IMG/VR virus record: IMGVR_UViG_3300043410_000715
Span: 1-25,710 of that record
DNA: 25,710 bases
Strand: one strand, 5' to 3'
Source: a virus
Lineage: Duplodnaviria > Heunggongvirae > Uroviricota > Caudoviricetes
Both the position numbers and the translations under genes were made by a program. Below, piece after piece: positions 1 through 6,071 of the stretch. Within the stretch, counting starts at the first letter, position 1; each line of letters begins with the position of its first letter. The notes under the pieces are model-generated. The model made no database searches and was not told the DNA's origin. It saw only the letters and a program-made list of their open reading frames with translations.

Positions 1-120
1 AGTTTATTCGCAGAATTTGCAATATGTATGTTGGGTTACGGCATCATCAGTATGCTTGGCTTGCTGTACCGATCACGTGTCGAATACTATGAATTTAAAG
101 AAAAATTCAAAAAACAATGA
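1..120 (+). CDS. Partial CDS (3' end), hypothetical protein with a hydrophobic segment
   Basis: Frame 1 is open from the window edge (SLFAEFAICMLGYGIISMLGLLYRSRVEYYEFKEKFKKQ*). Its TGA overlaps the next ATG (ATGA at 117-120). Confidence 0.6.
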   Translation, partial: SLFAEFAICMLGYGIISMLGLLYRSRVEYYEFKEKFKKQ

Positions 121-428
121 CAGTAGGAGTGTGTCCAGTTTGCAACGGAACTAAAAGAGTTCCTTGCCCCGAACACTTGAAAGGTGTAGGCGTGTTGTTA
201 AAGTGGTATAATTATGATTTACAATCTGATACTATACCTTGTCAAAATTGCGGTGGGCAGTATCACATTGACAAATATGTGTGCGGCGAACCGACTGGAG
301 TAGTTGTCTTGCAATCTAATGGAGTGCCGTGTACGCATGAGTATGAAAGTGCAAACAAAGGTAGACAACATACCGAATACAAATGCGTACACTGCGGAGA
401 TACTTACATAACCGATTTTAATTACTAA
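117..428 (+). CDS. Cys-rich zinc-finger/zinc-ribbon protein
   Basis: CPVCNGT, CQNCGG and CVHCGD motifs, resembling DnaJ-type CxxCxG repeats. ATGA-coupled to the upstream gene. Confidence 0.7.
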   Translation: MTVGVCPVCNGTKRVPCPEHLKGVGVLLKWYNYDLQSDTIPCQNCGGQYHIDKYVCGEPTGVVVLQSNGVPCTHEYESANKGRQHTEYKCVHCGDTYITDFNY

Positions 429-440
429 ACGGAGATTTTT

Positions 441-689
441 ATGAATATCTACACCGTCCGTGACAATCTGAAAAACACAATCGCCGGCAAGGAAAAGTAT
501 GTTACTGAGTTGCGTCAAGGTCTCAAGGCAGACCTGACTGATGGCGCATATATGGCAGTGCAGGCGACTGCTACTATGTTAGATATCAATATCAACGAAC
601 TCAAAGTGATTTTGTTTGATGTGGAGAAGTGTTGCGAACAATGGAACCTTATGAGTTGGGAAATCAACCCTGAAAGGATGGGGCAATGA
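441..689 (+). CDS. Hypothetical protein
   Basis: 82-aa ORF with RBS GGAG upstream; ATGA overlap with the next gene. Confidence 0.75.
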   Translation: MNIYTVRDNLKNTIAGKEKYVTELRQGLKADLTDGAYMAVQATATMLDININELKVILFDVEKCCEQWNLMSWEINPERMGQ

Positions 690-946
690 AACAAAGTGAC
701 TTTGCTGTTATTGAAGAAAGAGCAGGGATAGTTTTTCTCTGGGACTTGGATCAAGGTGGCATGAGTGTCACAAACGATGCCGAGCGTGTTTATGAATGGT
801 GTCAATACAATCATGGGCATGGTGTAGGCATTCGTGTTGTATATCGTGACAGTCAAGGCGAGTGGTCAGAAATGGCCCGCAACGAAGGTGGTTGGATCGA
901 ATTCAAAGAGTGGCACGGTCTTGATTGGGACTTGTTGAAGAGGTAA
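686..946 (+). CDS. Hypothetical protein (SVTNDAE motif)
   Basis: 86-aa ORF with an ATGA-coupled start, tiled with its neighbours. Confidence 0.75.
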   Translation: MKQSDFAVIEERAGIVFLWDLDQGGMSVTNDAERVYEWCQYNHGHGVGIRVVYRDSQGEWSEMARNEGGWIEFKEWHGLDWDLLKR

Positions 947-948
947 TT

Positions 949-1266
949 ATGAGCAAAAAACATATTCTTTGGTGTAAAGAAGGTATACACGACAAGGTGT
1001 GGGGCATCATTCTCTTAGCAGAAGATGTTCAAATCAGTGATGCTTGGCCGTTTAAGTCTAACAAATATGTTACTTTCTGGGGCCGCAGAGGAGCCAAACT
1101 ACAAACCAAACAGTGGAATGGCAAAGAGTATGATGCTTATGAAATGACACGGAAGAAAATGAAGAAAGGATATCAGGAAGTTGATGAACGTTACCTCGAT
1201 GAAGTGTATCCAGAATTTCAACAAGACTTAGAAAAGACGGAGTTTTGGGCGCAACTAAAATTGTAA
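949..1266 (+). CDS. WGR-domain-like protein
   Basis: YVTFWGRRGAKLQTK and a C-terminal KMKKGYQE fit the WGR pattern. Start moved to ATG 949, which follows GAGGT (940-944). Confidence 0.65.
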   Translation: MSKKHILWCKEGIHDKVWGIILLAEDVQISDAWPFKSNKYVTFWGRRGAKLQTKQWNGKEYDAYEMTRKKMKKGYQEVDERYLDEVYPEFQQDLEKTEFWAQLKL

Positions 1267-1288
1267 CTAAAGTATTCATTTTAAAGGA

Positions 1289-1317
1289 TTGACAAATAAT
1301 CATTTTGGGCATATAAT
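1289..1317 (+). promoter_or_regulatory. sigma70-type early promoter P1
   Basis: Perfect TTGACA-N17-TATAAT in the intergenic gap. Confidence 0.9.
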
Positions 1318-1349
1318 ATAGTCATACAGTCAGAAAAGAGGAACACAAA

Positions 1350-1649
1350 ATGTCAGAACTCAAATTGCCCGAAGGTTATGGTGAGATTCTTACTCCCATT
1401 GTGAAGATGCCCAAGATTACACTTGAGAAAGGTTCTTGGGGCGACTACACCGCTTACATTGACGGCGTTGAAGTTCCTCGTGAGCCTGGTAGCATTAAAC
1501 TTGACCGTGCTGATTTGCTTGAAGCTGTCCTCGCTAAGATGGGCATTGAAGTTGAAACAAAATGGCATTGGTACTCCACTGAAGAAGTTGATGGAAAGTT
1601 GCGTGGCAAACGCATTGACGGTTCTAGCACTAACATGAAAGGAGCTTGA
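1350..1649 (+). CDS. Hypothetical protein
   Basis: 99-aa ORF with RBS GAGGA, directly downstream of P1. Confidence 0.8.
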   Translation: MSELKLPEGYGEILTPIVKMPKITLEKGSWGDYTAYIDGVEVPREPGSIKLDRADLLEAVLAKMGIEVETKWHWYSTEEVDGKLRGKRIDGSSTNMKGA

Positions 1650-1650
1650 T

Positions 1651-1980
1651 ATGCCCTGTAGAGATTATGACAGTCGTTGGGACGATAGTTGGGAGCGCCA
1701 AGCCCGTGAATCGGCTAAAAAAGAAATGCGTGACCACGCTGACAAACTAGCCCGTATTGCATGTAAGGCAATGACTGAGTTGGTTGAGCAAGGTAAGGCT
1801 GACTTTTTGATTCTACGTGATGACGAAGTCCGTGAATGGTGGGAGGCACATCAAGAGGCTGACCGCAAAGCAAAAGAAGCTGAACAGGAAAGACGCCGCA
1901 AAGCTAAAATCAAAAAAGATGCATTGGCTAAACTTAGTGACGAAGAAAAAGCAATCCTCGGCATAAAGACAAAAAAGTAA
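1651..1980 (+). CDS. Hypothetical protein with charged coiled-coil C-terminus
   Basis: 109-aa ORF with RBS AGGAG and a K/E/R-rich helical tail. Confidence 0.8.
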   Translation: MPCRDYDSRWDDSWERQARESAKKEMRDHADKLARIACKAMTELVEQGKADFLILRDDEVREWWEAHQEADRKAKEAEQERRRKAKIKKDALAKLSDEEKAILGIKTKK

Positions 1981-2004
1981 TACTTTAGTACTACTTTTAA
2001 AAGG

Positions 2005-2033
2005 TTGACAATAAATCATTTTGGGTATACAAT
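2005..2033 (+). promoter_or_regulatory. sigma70-type early promoter P2
   Basis: TTGACA-N17-TACAAT. 1999-2033 is 34/35 identical to 2521-2555. Confidence 0.9.
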
Positions 2034-2066
2034 AGAATCTTAAACAGTTAATTCAAGGAGTTTGAA

Positions 2067-2351
2067 ATGGCTACGATTCAGGAAATCAATTCTACAATTA
2101 TCGCTGGTAACTTTACTAACGAACAATTGGATGCAATCTCAATGGCAATCAAGTTTGCCCGCAACCAACTTGCTAACAAAAATAAGTTTACATTCCGTGC
2201 AGGTTCACAAGTGAAATTCACTAGTTCTCGCAACGGTCAAACAATTTTGGGTACTGTTGAAAAGATCAACCGTAAATTTATCATCGTCCGTGAAAACGGT
2301 AAGGCGTTTGGTTCTTGGAGAGTTCCCGCTAACATGCTGGAGGCCGCATAA
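2067..2351 (+). CDS. Hypothetical protein, possible SH3-like beta-barrel C-terminus
   Basis: RBS AAGGAG. The C-terminal pattern GSQVKF...GTVEKINRKFIIV...WRVPANML is SH3-like; the fold is an inference. Confidence 0.75.
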   Translation: MATIQEINSTIIAGNFTNEQLDAISMAIKFARNQLANKNKFTFRAGSQVKFTSSRNGQTILGTVEKINRKFIIVRENGKAFGSWRVPANMLEAA

Positions 2352-2521
2352 TGAGTGAAATTGGAATCGATATTTTGGATATGCTTGACCGAGGAGAAAG
2401 CCCGCAGTATATCGCTAGAATCCTAGAAATTCCTGTAAGTTGGGTATATGAAACCCTCTCGTACAGCGAGGATGAAGGTAATACTGAAGTATTCAGTCCC
2501 TTCGAGACCTGCAATTCATAA
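2351..2521 (+). CDS. Small helix-turn-helix protein (56 aa, not in the ORF track)
   Basis: TAATG-coupled ORF MSEIGIDILDMLDRGESPQYIARILEIPVSWVYETLSYSEDEGNTEVFSPFETCNS*, with an HTH-like segment (GESPQYIARILEIPVSWV). Confidence 0.65.
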   Translation: MSEIGIDILDMLDRGESPQYIARILEIPVSWVYETLSYSEDEGNTEVFSPFETCNS

Positions 2522-2526
2522 AAAGG

Positions 2527-2555
2527 TTGACAATAAATCACTTTGGGTATACAAT
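2527..2555 (+). promoter_or_regulatory. sigma70-type early promoter P3
   Basis: TTGACA-N17-TACAAT, a near-copy of P2. Confidence 0.9.
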
Positions 2556-2589
2556 CATTACATAGACAGTTAACTAAAGGAGTTCACAA

Positions 2590-3036
2590 ATGGCTTATTT
2601 CAATCAAGAACGTAAACAAGAACGTGCCCCTGCTATCAAAGCTATCCTGAAAAAGTATGGCATCAAGGGTTCGCTTGCTGTTCGCAATCACAGTACCTTT
2701 GTGTTGAATGTCAAATCAGGTTCCATTGACTTCATTGAAAACTATATTGCAACCGATGCTAAATTGATTCACGGTGGCAAAATGTCTCAGGAACAAATTG
2801 ACTACATCCGTAAGAATCGTAGCCTCGATGTTAACCCCTACTGGTTCAAGGAACACTATTCAGGTAAAGCAAAAGAATTCTTGACCGAAGTGTTCGCCGC
2901 AATGAATGTCGGTAACCACGACAATTCGGACATCATGACCGATTACTTTGATGTGGGTTGGTATGTTGATGTGAATATCGGTTCTTGGAACAAGCCCTAC
3001 GCTGTTGAGGGTTCTTGGGAAGCTGTTACAGTTTAA
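2590..3036 (+). CDS. Phage hypothetical protein
   Basis: 148-aa ORF with RBS AAGGAG, downstream of P3. Confidence 0.85.
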   Translation: MAYFNQERKQERAPAIKAILKKYGIKGSLAVRNHSTFVLNVKSGSIDFIENYIATDAKLIHGGKMSQEQIDYIRKNRSLDVNPYWFKEHYSGKAKEFLTEVFAAMNVGNHDNSDIMTDYFDVGWYVDVNIGSWNKPYAVEGSWEAVTV

Positions 3037-3046
3037 GGAGATGATG

Positions 3047-3283
3047 ATGAACGATTGGGATAAAAACAATTTGCAATTCATTTTGGCCCTTGATGAAAAT
3101 CAATTTGACGAATGGTATTCTTCAATCTCTGATGACGATGCAGATTATGCAATGGAGCTTTTGAAAGCCGCCCGTGCAGAGGTTGCAATGCAAATTGCAG
3201 AATTGTATGACAATACTGCTGAGGACAATCTGTCCGATGCTAAAGAAGTGTTAGGTCGTTTTACTTTGAAAGGTTCATTGTGA
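3047..3283 (+). CDS. Acidic hypothetical protein
   Basis: RBS AAGGAG at 3035-3040 followed by ATG ATG ATG. 3047 gives the best spacing; 3041 and 3044 are possible. Confidence 0.75.
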   Translation: MNDWDKNNLQFILALDENQFDEWYSSISDDDADYAMELLKAARAEVAMQIAELYDNTAEDNLSDAKEVLGRFTLKGSL

Positions 3284-3435
3284 ACACATATTTTGTATTG
3301 GTTCGTACAAAAGACGAACCGGGTGCAGGCGTTACACGTGCATACGTTAATGCTGAAAACACTTATGCCGCAATACAGATGGCAAAGGCTCTATACGGGC
3401 GGCTCTTGCTATCTGAATCTGTTATGCCCGTTTAA
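3280..3435 (+). CDS. Small hypothetical protein (51 aa, not in the ORF track)
   Basis: GTGA-coupled ORF MNTYFVLVRTKDEPGAGVTRAYVNAENTYAAIQMAKALYGRLLLSESVMPV* fills the gap exactly. Confidence 0.65.
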   Translation: MNTYFVLVRTKDEPGAGVTRAYVNAENTYAAIQMAKALYGRLLLSESVMPV

Positions 3436-3445
3436 AAGGAAATAA

Positions 3446-3703
3446 ATGTCTAAAACTGAAACTAAACGTGTGTTGGATATCGAAATTTTGGTTGCTATTA
3501 TGCGTAGCAAACAACATCAAGGTGTCACTGTTCTTACTCGCCCCGAATGTGGCGCACTGAAAGAACCCATTAGTCCTGACAACGGTGCAGGATTCGGACT
3601 ATCGGATGCGATGGAAGCCGCGGCGGCACTGGTTCCAGGTGCTGAGTTTAAATTCGAACTTGATGCTAGTGGCAATCGCACTAACATCCGAGTCGAACTT
3701 TGA
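3446..3703 (+). CDS. Hypothetical protein
   Basis: 85-aa ORF with RBS AAGGA. Confidence 0.8.
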   Translation: MSKTETKRVLDIEILVAIMRSKQHQGVTVLTRPECGALKEPISPDNGAGFGLSDAMEAAAALVPGAEFKFELDASGNRTNIRVEL

Positions 3704-3721
3704 TTTTGGGTAACTGTCTGG

Positions 3722-3750
3722 TTGACAGTTATCCATTCCAGTGTTACAAT
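3722..3750 (+). promoter_or_regulatory. sigma70-type promoter P4
   Basis: TTGACA-N17-TACAAT. The -35 box lies within a 12-bp inverted repeat (3707-3735). Confidence 0.85.
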
Positions 3751-3805
3751 AGTAACTGTGCTGAAAGGCATATTTTATCAACTAGCTTAATGTAAAGGAA
3801 ACATA

Positions 3806-4174
3806 ATGGCTAAAACTTCTCAAACTTTTAAGGTCGCTGGTATCACTGTTCACAACGGTAATGCTAAGGTTCGTTTCACTGATGATATGGTTCGCCGTAT
3901 CAAGCAATTCAGTAAAGGCGGTGCAACTCGCATTGACTTAGTTGAGTTGCCTTCTGAAATGACTAAGATCGATGCGCTTAAACACATTGCTACTCTCCCT
4001 GAGTTTCAATCAGCCGCAGATCAGGCAACTATCGCTGACAGTCTTGCTGACAAAGAAAAAGAAGCTCGTAAGGGTGAAGTTAAAGTTAAGGCAACTAAAA
4101 AGCCTAGCCTTGATGCTATCAAAGCACGTGGCAAGAAAGCAGTCAAGGAAACTTCTGAGGCTGTTACTGAATGA
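3806..4174 (+). CDS. Hypothetical protein with K/A/E-rich C-terminal tail
   Basis: 122-aa ORF with RBS AAGGA, its own promoter (P4) and a low-complexity basic tail. Confidence 0.85.
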   Translation: MAKTSQTFKVAGITVHNGNAKVRFTDDMVRRIKQFSKGGATRIDLVELPSEMTKIDALKHIATLPEFQSAADQATIADSLADKEKEARKGEVKVKATKKPSLDAIKARGKKAVKETSEAVTE

Positions 4175-4179
4175 TTGAC

Positions 4180-4193
4180 GGGGCTTCGGCCCC
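4180..4193 (+). other. C(UUCG)G tetraloop hairpin with no U-tract
   Basis: GGGGC-TTCG-GCCCC, 5 nt after the stop of 3806..4174. Confidence 0.7.
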
Positions 4194-4203
4194 TCCAAGC
4201 ATC

Positions 4204-4440
4204 ATGCTAAGATACTCCCTGCTCAATGCTGTTAACATTCGTAGGCGTTTTGACCCTGCTAGTGAACAGGACGTGCTAGAGTTGAAACATTACTTGGACA
4301 CTAATCAATGGACAGGTCCTTGTCCCTTTTATCTTGAAGATGATTGGGACAATATCCCTGTCATGTGTATGCACAAATATGCTAGACACATGTTATCAAG
4401 TAAGAAAACAACAAAGCAAAAAACAAAAAGCCCCAAGTAA
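4204..4440 (+). CDS. Hypothetical protein
   Basis: ORF ...RRRFDPASEQDVLELKHY...CPFYLE. Start is uncertain: ATG 4204, or ATGA-coupled 4171, which would read through the UUCG hairpin. Confidence 0.65.
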   Translation: MLRYSLLNAVNIRRRFDPASEQDVLELKHYLDTNQWTGPCPFYLEDDWDNIPVMCMHKYARHMLSSKKTTKQKTKSPK

Positions 4441-4453
4441 AGGGGCTTTTTTT
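4425..4453. terminator. Bidirectional intrinsic terminator
   Basis: AAAAAGCCCC-aagtaaa-GGGGCTTTTTTT between convergent genes, with A- and T-tracts on either side. Confidence 0.85.
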
Positions 4454-5297
4454 ATGGGTTCGTTACCGACTTTATAATCCAGAAATCACCGGACATACCT
4501 GTGTTTTGAATCACTTGAAACGGCATATAGAAATAACCGTTGTCACCCCATGTTGGTCCCCAACTGTTACGTGCGATATAAACTTGCCTAGTCTTATCGT
4601 ATCCTACAAGTAATACCGCATGACCACCTAATAGTCGTTCACGTTTTGTGTTAGGATAGGGCATTACACCTGTCCTGGACACTTGCGGCGCACCGAAACT
4701 ATCGTAAACATAGAAGCCAATTACAACAGGGTATCCATTGTTCAATGCGTCTAAACAACCATTGTGATTTTCTATTCTTTCGTATAATGTTACTTTGCGA
4801 GTTAATCCATCATTGATTGCATTTGGACTTGGTCTTTGTCTAAATTTTTGTATGTCATACGGCCAAAACTTTTCTAATGGAGCACCCTGTTTGTTAGTTA
4901 CTTTTATTCCGTCTCTGATGTACGCACCTGAATCATAATTAATTGTATTGAGTAAAGCACGTTCATAATAATAAATGAACAGTCTGCTTACATCAGTTTG
5001 TTTTCCGTTGCGTTTGTTCAATAGTTCGATAGCACCTGCAATTGCTTGACCAGTACAACTGCCTAAGTTGCCTTGGTCTTCTATCAAACTACAATACGGA
5101 CGCAAATCAACAACATTTGATTGTGCTTTGTTTGACACAGAATATTTGTAATCACGGTTATCTACTTTGTCGGGCCTCCAATGATATTTAGGAATACGCA
5201 TTGGTGGTTTAGGTATAGATACAACTGTCCTAATCGGTGTTCTATGTAAACCCGGATCTTGACTGATATCAATTATTGTTCTTACGTCTTGTTTCAT
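4452..5297 (-). CDS. Papain-family (C1A) cysteine peptidase
   Basis: QGNLGSC (oxyanion Gln and catalytic Cys), GGHAV (His) and RNSWG (Asn) are all intact. ATGA-coupled to the LamG gene. Confidence 0.92.
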   Translation of the reverse strand: MKQDVRTIIDISQDPGLHRTPIRTVVSIPKPPMRIPKYHWRPDKVDNRDYKYSVSNKAQSNVVDLRPYCSLIEDQGNLGSCTGQAIAGAIELLNKRNGKQTDVSRLFIYYYERALLNTINYDSGAYIRDGIKVTNKQGAPLEKFWPYDIQKFRQRPSPNAINDGLTRKVTLYERIENHNGCLDALNNGYPVVIGFYVYDSFGAPQVSRTGVMPYPNTKRERLLGGHAVLLVGYDKTRQVYIARNSWGPTWGDNGYFYMPFQVIQNTGMSGDFWIIKSVTNP

Positions 5298-6043
5298 ACT
5301 CCGTAACGACCTCTTAGTGCATTGAAGTTTTGATTAACTTCTGATCCTGATAAACCTCTATTGTATAATCTGGCTACTGGTACACTACCATCCAAAAAAC
5401 TCTTTGGAAAGTAAGGTGCGTCCCAGCGTTCGCCTATGTGTATGCCCAGTCCACTAGACCCTGGAGTAGATCCAGTAACTGCTGATTCGTTCAGAGCACC
5501 ATTAATGTAAAACCTAACATTGCTGCCGTCAAATGTTACACACATGCAATACCATGTGTGAATCACTGGCACAAAATTTCCAGCCACTTGCCAACCACCG
5601 CCATCAAAAAATCCACCCTGCCATACTGTAGGATCAGCAGCCAAGCCGCAGGTTATACTGTAGTTAATTGGAGTAGTAGCATATACTTCAGTTATAGTGC
5701 AGGTGGCATCACCAGAGGTGTTATCTAAGGTATTAAAGTACACCCAAGTCTCAGCAGTGAATGTAGTTAAAGCACCCCCGGCTAAATCACCAGCGTGGGC
5801 ACTTTGTTGACTTGCTCTACTGAATGTTAATATACCACCATTAGAGCTACTATAAGTAGCACCATTAGGTAAAGTAGCATCGGCTGATCCTACTAAATCA
5901 TACCAATTATTACCTGAGCCGGGGTAGCTTTCACTATTGCCCGCGTCAAGTTCAAACACTAATCCATCAGTTACTACTGAGTAACTAGGTGTAATTGTTA
6001 TTCCTGCGCCAATTGTGATACCCGGTTCGATTGTGAAACTCAT
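5294..6043 (-). CDS. LamG / concanavalin A-like domain protein, probably virion-associated
   Basis: VTDGLVFELDAGN..SYPGSG, FTAETWV, WYCMCVTFDGSNVRFYINGAL and ARLYNRGLS..EV.QNF motifs. Confidence 0.85.
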   Translation of the reverse strand: MSFTIEPGITIGAGITITPSYSVVTDGLVFELDAGNSESYPGSGNNWYDLVGSADATLPNGATYSSSNGGILTFSRASQQSAHAGDLAGGALTTFTAETWVYFNTLDNTSGDATCTITEVYATTPINYSITCGLAADPTVWQGGFFDGGGWQVAGNFVPVIHTWYCMCVTFDGSNVRFYINGALNESAVTGSTPGSSGLGIHIGERWDAPYFPKSFLDGSVPVARLYNRGLSGSEVNQNFNALRGRYGV

Positions 6044-6059
6044 TGTTTATCCTATTTTC

Positions 6060-6065
6060 TATTTA
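6060..6065 (-). promoter_or_regulatory. Candidate T4-like late promoter core (TAAATA)
   Basis: TAAATA in the 28-nt gap, upstream of RBS AGGA of the LamG gene. The motif is short and the sequence AT-rich. Confidence 0.45.
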
Positions 6066-6071
6066 CCATCA

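Noticed and set aside
3729-3737. DnaA-box-like TTATCCATT
   Set aside because: Two mismatches to TTATCCACA and a single copy. It is explained by the hairpin arm and promoter spacer.
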